From Octopus sinensis (Eukaryota), in NCBI RefSeq assembly GCF_006345805.1, contig NC_042999.1, forward strand, positions 171,244,001-171,308,000: DNA of 64,000 nt. The letters are read 5' to 3'. Under the pieces are notes generated by a model. It searched no databases, was not told the DNA's origin, and saw only the letters and a program-made list of their open reading frames with translations. Below are positions 14,546 to 26,860 of the stretch, piece after piece (the first letter of the stretch is position 1; the number at the start of each line of letters is the position of its first letter). Made by a program: the position numbers and the translations under genes.

Positions 14546-14934
14546 ACGGGGTTAAAAGAATAAGGAGATGAAGAGAGAGAAGGAAAAGAAACATAAAGTT
14601 CATAGTTCAAATTTCCGATATTTTAGAGAGAAGTGCATAAGTCTTTAGGTACAATCCTGCGTAGGTCCAATTGGGTTAAAATCCTGATATTGTAAACATC
14701 CACAAAAAGACGCGAAAATATCAACGTTCAATAACAGAAGGTTAGCAATGATGGCTATTAAGTGGTGAAAGGAAAGAAAAGTAAATGAATAGAAAGAGAG
14801 AAATATAGAGTGAAGGGGAAATTAAGGATTGTTTTTTGGGTAAAGTATGGTATATAAATATATGGTGTCTAAGATATGGTGTACCTATACATATATTTAC
14901 ATATAAAGATACACACACACACATGCAAATATAT

Positions 14935-14972
14935 ACACAGATAAATATATACATATGTATATATACATGTAT

Positions 14973-15058
<86 letters not shown>

Positions 15059-15066
15059 ATATTTAT
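14935..15066. repeat. (TA)n microsatellite
   Basis: Direct reading. Confidence 0.95.
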
Positions 15067-15628
15067 ATACTTTGATACTTTGATACTTTGATAGGTTTCG
15101 GCCATTATTGGCCCAGGCCATATCTAACTTAATAGCACCACCTGGTGAAGTCTTTCAAGTCAGAATTTGGGCACTATGGCCCACTCAAGTAGAGAGTTAT
15201 TGTTTACAGAGACATATCCGGGTGTAGGGGGTTATCCGGGATTTCTTGAAGGAATCTGTCCAAAGACTTCTTGAACCCTATAGGGTCAGTTTCTGTTTTA
15301 ATGTGTTTTGGTGTAATGTTAAAGAGAGTGGGGCCAATTGAGGTGAAACAATTGTGCCGTATTGTTGTTATGAGATGAGAGTGCGATTTTTGTTTTGGGC
15401 GGATGGCACGGGGCCCAAGCCTTGGATGTACCTTAAAGGTGATGCCAACATCATTTGGGCAATGCTGATGGAATATTTTCCACATCATGCAGATGATGTA
15501 GCGCTCACGACGACGTTGGAGAGAATAAAGTTTTAGCTTTTCTAGTCGACCCCAATAGTCGAGGCCTGTCATGCCATCTATCTTTTTGTGATTGCCCTTT
15601 GAGGTGCTTCAACTTTTATGATACTTTG
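15067..15628 (-). mobile_element. 5'-truncated CR1-clade LINE 3' end, sister subfamily of the 16.9-21.7 kb element, with (CAAAGTAT)3 tail
   Basis: DYWGRLEKLKLYSLQRRRERYIICMMWKIFHQHCPNDVGITFK is identical at protein level to the full element; 3' UTR CCAGGTGGTGCTATTAAGTTAGA.ATGGCCTGGGCCA is shared; tail repeats at 15067-15090. Confidence 0.92.
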
Positions 15629-15854
15629 TATATATATGCATATATATATATATATATGTATGTGTATATATATGTATGTACATGTATGCATATTTCTGTG
15701 TGTTTTTCTATCGAAGAGCCTAGGCTAGAAACTTAAAAGACTTTCGCAATTTCCAAGCGTTAAACAAATACATTTGGTTGTTGTTTACGCACCCGTCTTT
15801 GTCTATTCTTTTTTGTAAATTCTCATTATACATAAATATATATAGATAAATACA

Positions 15855-16135
<281 letters not shown>

Positions 16136-17378
16136 TAACCCTGTATTGATGAGCATTGTTCTATTATTGCATTACTCCATATTTTATGAACTATTCCATT
16201 ACTCCATAGTTTATGAACTATATTTGGAATACAAGACAATATAACTGATTTTACATATGAATATTACGGATTTTTGTAGAAAACTAACCAAGGAAGTATA
16301 TATGGATTTAAAGACTCGCATCAAAAGCAGTAATTTTTCAAATTTTAAGTTAATGTATATTTCGAACAAACACCATTTCATAGTATTACTTCAAATTTAA
16401 AAAAAAACTACCATTCGATATGTTATACAAAATTCAAATTTTATATCTGGGAAGAGAAGAGTTGTCTGTAAGTGCTTATCAATATAGGATTCTATTATAG
16501 GGACAGCACTTCTGTGAAACGATCGTAAGATGTTTTAAATACTTAATTCAAAACTTTTAAACTGTCATATACACATCATATATTTATACTTATACATATT
16601 TACATATATCTCTATAGACGTTTATATATTTTTAATACAACAATTATTTTTCACACGTGTATATCTTTCTGAAGAGTTTTCTGATATTGATTTCCTGATA
16701 TTAATAATAATATATTATTAAAAAATATATTTATACAATCGCTCGTATTAAGTATATAAATACTTTAATAGTATAAATACTTTGATACAATAGAGCACTC
16801 AACTCAATATAAATTCAGTATACAATATCTTCCTTGAATATATTTAAGTAAAACATTATATATACATATATACACACATGTATATATACACATATATATA
16901 TACATATATATATGCATATATACATATATATTGGCATGATTGGCATGGTTGCTGAAGTATAAAGACGTGTTTTTACTCCTCTCCGTGCCGGTCAGCAGCA
17001 AGCTTCACAGCTACATTCGTCGTAATTGACCATCACATATATTCCTGTATATTTGAAACCACGCTTTTTCCCAACTCGTGAGTAGAATTTTCCTTAACCA
17101 CAAAGTATTTTCATAATTTTCAAACGACCAAATATTTTCAAACACCTGATAACTAAAGGATCACCCACACATTAAAAATTAGAAAAAGAGGGAAAAAAAG
17201 AAAAGAAAAGAAAGATAAAATAACTAGAAGCTCATAATTCAAATTCAAACTTCTCAGTATTACAGCAAACATTCTGTACAATCAATTCTACATACTTCTC
17301 CTTAAAAAAAATAAATAATTAAAAGTAATCAACAAAACAAACGAACAAAATAACATTTAATAAAACATATCAACCAGA

Positions 17379-18650
17379 ATGGCTAGCCACCAAAAATTCA
17401 ACAAAAACTGGTCTGATAATGAAGTCGACGTTCTTATCAACACATGGCATGGCCTTACCGAAACAGAGAGCATAGGTGCTTCGTGTCTGAACGAAATTGC
17501 TAAACGAACAGTTCACCATTTGCAAACTCGATCTGAACAGCAGATACAAAATAAATTAAAACAAATCGAAGTTGCTTTTAAATTAATAAATAAACACTTC
17601 GATAAACTGAGATGTGTTTTCTCTTCGAACGCATCACCGGCGCAGCAACAACAACAACAACAAACTCAGCGGCAACAACAATAGCTACAGCAACAACAAC
17701 AACTTCAGCAGCAACAACCTCAGCGGCAACAACAACAACAACCTCAACAACAAACTCAGCGGCAACAACAACAACAACAGATACAGCAACAACAACAACA
17801 ACCTCAGCGGCAACAACAACAGGATGAACCACTCCTTGATTCATCTACAATGGCCGATTTGCTAAACGAAACGATTGACCCCCCAGTCACCAGGGTCACA
17901 CAAGAGGAAGCACCACCCCTTCCTTTCACTGCCCCAGCAGCTCAATCATCATCATTGTCAACAACATCTCCTCTGCTTACTACTACTAGTACTACTCCCA
18001 CTATGTATCGACAAACATCTTTGTCTTGGAATCGACCGCCTCAATCATTACCACTGTCAACATCTCTTCTACCTACTACTACTACTACAACTACTACTAC
18101 TAATGCTATCTCAAGGAATTTACCTCCTACAGGTCACAAAGGTCGCCAAAACTTCAACAAACTATCATCTACACCTTTCACAACACACACACACACACGC
18201 ACCTACACACCCACTCGAAACCCCATCATTTGCCGATATTCTCTTCGCCATAGACTGTGCACTGATAGAGACTGCAAATTCACCCATTTATCTGGAACAA
18301 AACGCTCTATCCCCACAAACTACAACAGCAACCACCATAATACAACACCACCACAACCACCAATATCTCAAACAAGGAATCCCCAAATCTGCCGCTATTC
18401 CCAGCGGGACAGATTGTGTTTGCACAGGGATTGCCCCTTTACCCATCTTCCGGGGACCCGTCGGACATTTAAAGATAACAACTCACATAAAAATAACCAC
18501 AACCACAGTCACCTACAGTTCCCTAGACAGGAAACCACCTCTTCTTCCTCTTTTTTAGCTATAATGAATCTAGCAAAAGAACTGGAAAAAAACATCCGAG
18601 CTATCACCCACCACCATCCACCACTATTACCCCACTGCACATGCCATTAA
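17379..18650 (+). pseudogene. LINE ORF1 (~423 codons): Myb/SANT-like trihelix domain, polyQ tract, T/S/P-rich linker, two C-x8-C-x4-C-x3-H fingers; one internal stop
   Basis: Track ORFs 17379-17684 and 17850-18650 are in the same frame, separated only by TAG at 17682-17684 inside a CAA/CAG run. Motifs: NWSDNEVDVLINTW...IAKR...RSEQQIQNKLKQI, CRYSLRHRLCTDRDCKFTH, CRYSQRDRLCLHRDCPFTH. Confidence 0.8.
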
Positions 18651-21600
18651 AAAGCAATCAAATAAACAAATCACCAAAACAATTAAAACCATCCACTCTC
18701 GCCTCAACATTTCTGCTTAATGCCCAAGGCATCAGCCCTTCCACCAATACACAAAAATGGAAGATAAGATTCCTGGAGGACTGGGTCGAGGCCCATCCAA
18801 ACCACATCCCTTTCTTCGTCCTCACTGAAACCCATCTTAGTGACCTCCACTTGGAAGCCGAGGTGAAAGTTAAAAATTTCAAAACCATTCGTGCTGATCG
18901 TGTTGGCAGAAGAAAGGGTGGGACTGCCATTTATGTCCATGATTCATTCTCAACAGAAGCCATGAACATATTTTCCAATGGATACTGCGAAACAGTCGCT
19001 GTATTCAGTCAAACCAACAACTTAACAGTAGTTGGGCTCTACAGACCACCCCAAACGCCCCTACCATGCTTCAAGGAATGCCTCAACAGCATAAAGTGTT
19101 TCATTCAGCAGTGTCAACCTGACAACATTTTAATGATGGGAGACTTCAACCTTCCCGGGGTTGACTGGTCTACAAACAGTCTGCCGCCAGGTTCTTCTCT
19201 CTCAACCGCTGACAGGGAGGCAGTGGAATCGCTTCTTGACTTCATGGATGATTTCTTCCTGTCCCAACTGGTACTCGAACCAACGAGATGTCACAAAAAC
19301 GTCTTAGACTTAATTTTCAGCAATCACACTGATACTATCCACAATATTGCAGTGGAGAAAACCCTACTCTCCGACCATGACATGGTTCTCTGTGATCTGA
19401 GATTTCACTGGCCAAAATGCAAAACAAATGTCATCCCTCCTGTTCATCCATTTGACACTGGATTTCCACAATGCAAACTGTGAAGCGATCAATAATGATC
19501 TTGCAAAAGTCGATTGGTCCTTCACGCACACATACACACCCACTAACATCAAAAAGTCCTGGCAGTCACTTGTAGACACCATCACGAACATATGTGCAAG
19601 ACACACCCCATTAAGATCTGCAAACAAATTTAAGTGTCGAATCCCTAGAAATAGAAAATCTCTCATAAGGAAAATTAAAAGAATTAACAAAAAGACCAAC
19701 ATGCTGAAATACTGTCAACAGCAACACACCAACCTGACTGCCATCTCGTCGCTAGAGATTAAAAAACATAAACTCCAAAACAACATGATGTCTATCATCA
19801 ATAGTCAGCGAAGAGCTGAAGAGGCCTGGGCCATTGAGAAGATCAAACTCAATCCCAAAGTGTTCTTTTCATTTGCAAAAAAACACAGAGTCTCTGGTTC
19901 TACTGTTGGCCCTCTGATTGATGAAAATGGTACTCTTCAAGACAATGCCAAAACCATGGAAGAGATATTGCAGAAACAATATTGCTCTGTTTTCAGCAAT
20001 CCTGATATGACTGATCTGGGCTGTATCAGTGATGTTACTCCCCAATACACTTTATCGGACATAACATTTGGCGCTCCTGATGTCTTAGCAGCAATAAAGG
20101 AAATGAAGCATAATTCAGCAGTAGGTCCCGATAGGTTCCCTGCTTGTGTCTTGAAGATGTGTCAAAACCAACTTGCACCCCCTCTAGCCAATCTGTGGCG
20201 GAACTCACTGGATGCTGGATATATACCAGAAGACTTTCTATCCCAGTCTGTTGTCCCAGTTTTCAAAAATGGAAACAAATCGCTTGACGTGAATTACCGT
20301 CCAATCTCACTCACCTCTCATATCATCAAGGTATTTGAGAGGGTGCTAAGATCGCGTATGACTCACTTCCTTGAGAGTCATAATATGCTGAACCCCAACC
20401 AGCATGGATTCCGTAATGGGAGAGATTGCCTGACGCAGCTACTGCATCATTTTGATGACATTTTGAGAGCCGTGGGAGAAGGTTCCAACACTGATGTCAT
20501 CTACCTTGATTTCAGCAAGGCCTTTGACAGGGTTGATCATAAGATCCTTCTGAGAAAGCTGTCCAATATTGGTGTCACTGGAAAGCTGCTGCAGTGGATC
20601 AAGTGCTTCCTGTCTAACAGAACCCAACATGTTGTAGTCGAAGGAGTCAAATCCAGCCCGGCCAAAGTCAGCAGTGGTGTCCCACAAGGCACTGTGTTGG
20701 GCCCACTTCTCTTCGTCATCTACATAAATGATATTACTGACACCATCAAACACAGTAACATCAGAACCATCGCTGATTATTCCAAGCTCCAGAAGGTCAT
20801 CAATGGCGTGGATGACCGAATAAACCTTCAGTCAGACCTACTGGCTGTTGTCCAATGGGCGGAAAAGAATAACATGTTGCTAAATGAAGACAAATTCGAA
20901 CTGATCCACTTTGCAAGGGAGGGCGCTCTGAAACTCCCATACTCTCTTCCTTCTGGAGAAATTCTCATGGCATCCAACAACATCAGAGACTTGGGAGTAA
21001 CAGTGGAAAACAACATAAGCTGGGCTACACATATAAGCAGCAAAGTTGACATGGCCCGCAGAATGTGTTCCTGGATTCTCAGAACCTTCCAGTCGAGATA
21101 TTCCCACGCTATTATCCTTCTCTTCTCCACTTTTGCCCGACCCCACCTTGAATACTACTGTCCACTGTGGTCTCCCTACACAAAACAAAATATTATGAGA
21201 ATTGAAGCTCCCCAAAGGTCAATCACAAAAAAGATAGATGGCATGTCAGACCTTGACTACTGGGGTAGACTAGAGAAGCTGAAATTGTATTCACTCCAAC
21301 GACGCCGTGAACGCTACATTATCTGTATGATGTGGAAAATATTCCATCAGCACTGTCCGAATGATGTTGGCATCACCTTCAAAATGCATCCAAGGCTTGG
21401 ACCACGTGCCATCCGTCCACAACAAAAATCTAAATCGCATCACATAACGACAATACGGCACAACTATTTCACCTCAATTGGACCCGCTCTCTTCAACATT
21501 ACACCAGGACATGTCAAAAAAGAAACTGACCACACAAAATTCAAGAAGTCTTTGGACAAATTCCTTCAAACAGTACCGGACAAACCACCCACACCCGGAT

Positions 21601-21656
21601 ATGTCTCCACAAACAATAACTCTCTGCTCGAATGGGCCTTGGTGCCCAAATCCTGA
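18641..21656 (+). pseudogene. LINE ORF2: APE endonuclease + reverse transcriptase, one frameshift near 19455 and catalytic D>Y
   Basis: APE motifs: LLNAQG, LTETHL, GGTAIYV, GLYRPP, MGDFNLP, VLDLIFS, SDHDM. RT motifs: NYRPISLTS, QHGFR, YLDFSKAFD, GVPQGTVLGPLLF, IADYSKL (expected xADD). Frame changes at HPFDT/LDFHN. Confidence 0.93.
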
Positions 21657-21816
21657 ACTGAAAGACTTCGCCAGGTGGTGCTATTAAGTTAGACATGGCC
21701 TGGGCCAATACTGGCCAAAACCTTTCTAAGTTATATAGTTATATATATATAAATACATATATGCATATAATATATATATATATATTATATATATATATAA
21801 ATACATATATGCATAT

Positions 21817-21860
<44 letters not shown>

Positions 21861-22004
21861 AAAAGCAATAAAGATTCAAGTTAATTTAATGAATTTACTT
21901 GAATATGGTACCTAACTTAGATGCACCAAAACAAACTATACGGTTTTAACAATACAGTAATGTGGGGTGATTATAAGCGAGAAAGAAGCAACAAGAATGG
22001 ATAG

Positions 22005-22100
22005 GTTTTTAGTACAATCGTTTCATACAAGGACAGGCTTTATTAAAAGTTGCAAAAATTGCAGCATATAAACGTGTCCCGTACTCATCAGCTAAAATAC
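22005..22100 (-). ncRNA. Type I minimal hammerhead ribozyme in the inverted pLTR
   Basis: Minus strand reads GUAUUUUAG-CUGAUGA-GUACGGGACA...UGUCCUUGUAU-GAAA-CGAUU-GUA/CUAAAAAC, with all core nucleotides present. Confidence 0.85.
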
Positions 22101-22368
22101 ATGTGAGTTCTCTAGACATCCTAATGGTTGAGGCTATACTCATGAAGTAATGTAGATAATTAAGTAACATAAACAGGTTTCCAAAGTTCATTAAAGTTCT
22201 TTAAAGATGATGTACAGTCTTATCACAGAATTTTAAAAAACTTTAAAAGAACTTTAATGAACTTTGGAAATCTGTTTATGTTACTTAATTATCTGTTTAT
22301 GTTACTTAATTGTCTACATTACTTCATGAGTATAGCCTCAACCACTAGGATGTCTAGAGAACTCACAT

Positions 22369-22446
22369 GTATTTTAGCTGATGAGTACGGGACAGGTTTA
22401 TATGCTGCAATTTTTGCAACTTGTATGAAACGATTGTACTAAAAAC
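22369..22446 (+). ncRNA. Type I minimal hammerhead ribozyme in the 5' sense pLTR, 18-nt deletion in helix II
   Basis: CUGAUGA at 22378-22384, GAAA at 22427-22430, GUA cleavage triplet at 22436-22438, helix I UUUUAG/CUAAAA; TTAATAAAGCCTGTCCTT is missing relative to the other two copies. Confidence 0.75.
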
Positions 22447-22648
22447 CTATCCATTCTTGTTGCTTCTTTCTCGCTTATAATCACCCCACATTACTGTATT
22501 GTTAAAACCGTATAGTTTGTTTTGGTGCATCTAAGTTAGGTACCATATTCAAGTAAATTCATTTAAATTAACTTGAATCTTTATTGCTTTTTGAATATAT
22601 TCCCATACAGTCTGTATGTTTTTTCTGGTACTTAATTTCTCAACAAGA

Positions 22649-25516
22649 ATGGAAAAAGTAAACATTGAGTTCTCCCCTAAAGACATCCCCTTACATAGTA
22701 TAGATGAATATAATTGGCTTCTCATTCATAGGATTAACGATTTCATTAGAAGAATCAGGTGGAAAACGTACCATTTTGATGTCAAACAGAAGAAGAAACC
22801 ACAGGAAAAGAATACCGAAAAGAATTTTGGAAGAATTTTTAAAAGTAGAAAAAGTCCACCTCAGAACCCATTCCTGGAGAACTTTGAGAAAGACTTGCTG
22901 AATCTTATAGATGATATTAGCTTCAAGGACACCCGTTGAGATACAACCCTCACCTTAGACACCTTAGGAACTTTATTCAGTCAACCAAGTGCAAACATGG
23001 AATCCTAGTACCAGCAGATAAAACGGGTAATATGTATAGAGTTGATTACGATCTTTATAGCAAATTAATTAGGAAGGAACTAAATCCAAATATAAAATTA
23101 CGACGAAGAACAATTTGAAAAAAGTAAACCTGGAAATGAAAGAGATCATGAGAGAAACTAAATTTAACGGATAGAACAGAGCCGCTTAAATCGTGTGAGC
23201 CCAAGATCAACTTAAAGACCACAAAAAGAATTTCCTGGAAAACCCTTCGGTAAGGCTGATCTGTCCAACTAAGTCGGACATTGGCCGACTTAGTAAATCT
23301 ATCCTGGATACTGTTACCCCAAATAACCCCTCTTCTCCCCTTAAACCTATGGCTAAGTACGGACGAAGTTCTAAAATGGTTTAACTCTCTAACTAATACT
23401 AGTAGTCTGTCCTTTATTCAGTTCGATATTAATAGTTATTACTCTAGTATTTCCCCTATCTTACTCAACAAATCACTAATATTTGCCATGAATCGCTCAC
23501 TCATATCTAGAGAAGAAATTAATATTGTGCTACTAGCTAGGAAGACATTTATAGAATTTGAAGATAAATTATGGACTAGAGCAGATACACCTAATTATTT
23601 TGATATACCAATGGGTTCCAGTGATTCGGCTGAGGTAACCAACCTAGTAGGCGCATATCTATTAAAATGCATAAGCAAGGATATCCCAGAAATACAGGGG
23701 GGTCTATATAGGGATGATGCTCTGTTTGTTATCCCTAGTAATAATAAATCTGTTATAGAAAGGATTAGAAAGAAAATTAATAAGTTCTTTAAGGATTTCA
23801 ACCTCAGTATAACGTATGAACCGGGCACTAAAATAGTTAACTTCCTAGATATTACGCTAGACCTTAACTCCAAGCTGCATTACCCATTTAGAAAGGAAGG
23901 CGAAATCACGAATTACGTAAATAAATTATCAAATCATCCCCCAAATATAATTGAATCTTTAGTAAGAAATATTTCATTAAGAATTTCAAAATTATCATCC
24001 AATAAGGATATATTTAACTCCCATTCTGAGCATTATAATGCGGCGTTAACTAAGGCTGGATACAACCAAAAGATTACATTCGTTGATAAGGAGAACTCAC
24101 GTATTCCTAATAAGGAAGTTATCAGTAATCACGTAAGCAGCAATACAGACCAAGCCCGAAATAAAAGTAGAATTAAATTAACGGTAAACGCTAATCTAAC
24201 GTACAGGCCCAACAATTCAAATAGAAGCATTGACCAGAACATAGGTAACTCGGATAATATCGAAGTAGATAAACCAAAGATGCACACAAATAAAAATAAA
24301 AATAATGGTAATAAATACAATAGCTCCGGTGAGATGAATAGTAATAATTCTACGAACCCTAAATTTAATAAAAAAGATATAATATGGCTGAATATTCCTT
24401 TCAACTGTGCGATACAATCGGATATACAGAACAAATTCAAAGTAATTCTGGAAAAAAAATTTCCCAATCTCTCATAGATATCATAGAATTATTTCTAGGA
24501 AAACAGTTAGGATTTCTTATTCAACCCTCCCAAATATGTCCACTTTAATAGCTAAGATTAATAATAACAACATTAAACTAGCCAGGCAAAATAGAAATAA
24601 AAATAATAATATCAGCATGAATACCAATAGCAATTATAATAATACTACCAACAATAAAAACAGCAATAGTAACTATCAAAACATGGGTGAAATTAGTTAC
24701 CACAGAATGACTAATAATATTAACATTAATAGTAATAATAACAATACCGATATTAATAGAAGTAATAATGTTAATAGTAGAAATAATAGAAATAAGGCTA
24801 ATGGAGAAAATAAGGAGAATGAAAATATCAGTGATATCTATAACAACAATATGCAGTCGAATAAAAAGACTAACAATAATGGTAACATTACCAATAATAT
24901 AAGAAATCATGGTAGGACTTTAGACCTAAAAGATGAAACAGAAGGATCAATAAATAATAGCAATACTTTAGATATCAGCACCAACTATAGAAATATTAAT
25001 AACAATAAGGACAATTATACTCATGATAATCAAAATAATAGGAACCTAAGACATCTACCCAAGAATAATCCAAAACCTGAAGTTGTTCCTCCTGTGTGTA
25101 AGTGTAGAATAAAATCAAAATGCCCGGCACCTGGTCTATGCGGGGAAAATAATGTAATCTATAAATGTACCATATCCACGGAGAATAACAAATATTTTTA
25201 CATTGGATGTACAATTAATTTTCTAGCCAGAGTTAGAAATCACATCTCGTCTTTTAAATTACGTCATAAAGCTGGTACCACCACACTTTCAAACAAAATC
25301 TGGGAACTCAAAAATAATAATAATTATAACCTTAATTGGGAAATAGTTAGGAGAGCAATTCCGTATAAAAATAGCAGGGTTGGTTGCCAACTATGCTCCA
25401 TGGAGACGTATGAAATTCTAAAGCATAGAAAACATAGAAACTTATTGAATAACCATATCGAACTAGGTCAAGTTTGTGTCCACGCTAAATTGAAGACTTT
25501 AAAATATTTTAAATGA
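22649..25516 (+). pseudogene. PLE polyprotein: N-terminal domain, RT, Asn-rich linker, Cys motif, GIY-YIG endonuclease; several frameshifts and stops at 22937-23280 and one near 24470
   Basis: DFIRRIRWK, ADKTGNMY, KDHKKNF..NPSVRLICPTKS, QFDINSYYSSI, PMGSSDSAEV, LYRDD, NFLDITLDL, SNHPP, IIWLNIPF, CKCRIKSKCPAPGLC, NVIYK...YIGCT...RVRNH, CQLCSMETYEI, LLN. Confidence 0.92.
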
Positions 25517-26269
25517 TTAGAATATTCGTAACTAGATAGATAGATAGATATAACTTGATTTTTACTAGTATAGCACTGCTTTAAATAGATAACTAAGAGT
25601 TCTCACACTACAGTTGTCTTTTTCCTTATATCTGCATCAGTTTTTTGAGAACAGGGAAATGAATAGTACTTATACGCTGCTTAATTGAGGCTTTATTTAA
25701 TTTCAAACTCATAATTTTAAATTTTTAAATCTTAATTTTAAATCTTAATTTTAATTTTTAATTTTAATTCTTAACTTAATCTAATTTAAGTAGCATAACT
25801 TTAATAAAATAAAATGAGTTACTAAAGCCCCATAATTCTATTTCAAAATTAAATAAATAAGGCTACTCCCTCGGTGATAATATGATTATCTTCATTATGA
25901 TAGACAATTCCCTAACACCTTGTAAATGATCTTCTAAGATTTGACCTGTAGTCCGTCAATGTATGATTAATTACGGCAACTCCTTAAGACAGTATAATGA
26001 ATAAATTAAATAAATAAATTTTAATGACTTTTTGATAAGATTATACTTAGATTTTCCTAATGTATTTTCTTTTGATTTTAGCCTTTGACCCCTAAACCCC
26101 TAAACCCCTGACCGTGTTATCTCTTTAGATTCTCTTTAAATTCATAGCTGCTTTCGACAGCAATAAATTAGCTGTTTTACTGGTCAAAGAATAATATTCT
26201 CCTCTAGTTCCTAGATGCCTGTAAATTAAAACCAGACTTGCCGTCTACTAATTCTTCTGTATAACTAGA

Positions 26270-26480
26270 ACCCTCTTCTTTTTTTTTTCTTTTTCTTTTT
26301 TTCCCTTCTTTCCCTATTTCTTTCTCTTTTCTCTTCTTTCTTTTTCTTCTTCTTATTCTCTTTTTCTTTTTTTCTTTTTCCTTTTCTCTTCTCTTCTAGC
26401 CCCCCCTTTTGCTCCCTCCCCCTTTATTTTCTCTCTTTCCTTCTCTTTCCTTCCCTTTTCTGTTCTTTGCCTCTCTAGAA
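26270..26480 (+). repeat. ~200-nt almost pure pyrimidine tract in the PLE 3' region
   Basis: Direct reading (T/C only apart from a few bases). Confidence 0.9.
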
Positions 26481-26566
26481 AGCCCTTCAGCCTTTAAAAG
26501 TTAAATAGCTACAGTCTCTTGAAAATAGCAGTAATGTGATTAATGTGGCAAATACCTAATCATATA

Positions 26567-26860
26567 GCAAGAATTGATACCCACCTCATTGTGTTCAACC
26601 ATTGATAAATTTATCGCCTGTGAATATGAAATTCCTCTTCATTTCTCTGGAAATTTACATCTACACCATTGGAAATTGTGCATCTATACAAAGGATTAAT
26701 TCACCCTCTCTGTAATGCTAATAAGCAGGAATTGAAACCCACCTCGTTGTGATTAGCAATGGATAAATTTGTCGTCTGTGAGTGTGTATTCCCTCCTCAT
26801 ATCTCTGGAAATTCATATGTACACTATGGATTAAGTCACCTTCTCTGTGATGCTATTAAA
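26567..26860 (+). repeat. Diverged tandem duplication (~155 and ~135 bp units) just upstream of the 3' pLTR
   Basis: GCA(A/G)GAATTGA(T/A)ACCCACCTC(A/G)TTGTG...TCTCTGGAAATT...GGATTAA(T/G)TCACC.TCTCTGT(A/G)ATGCTA occurs twice. Confidence 0.85.

Larger units (their letters stand above)
16931..21740 (+). mobile_element. Near full-length CR1-clade (Jockey superfamily) LINE between (TA)n tracts; 5' boundary approximate
   Basis: Two overlapping ORFs (ORF1; APE-RT ORF2), short 3' UTR with a stem-loop; the C-terminal LEY..PLWSP and RLEKLKLYSLQRRRER motifs are typical of CR1/L2-group ORF2. Confidence 0.9.

Noticed and set aside
17578-17865. PolyN, polyT and polyV ORFs in the track
   Set aside because: Alternative frames of the (CAA)n tract; the polyQ frame is the one continuous with ORF1.
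22530-22648. Candidate PLE 5' intron (AG|GTACC donor, TTTCTCAACAAG acceptor before the ATG)
   Set aside because: The donor GT is not conserved in the sister pLTR at 51 kb (AAGGACC) and there is no transcript evidence.
26088-26112. CCCCTAAA x2, telomere-like
   Set aside because: Only two units and not the metazoan TTAGGG repeat.
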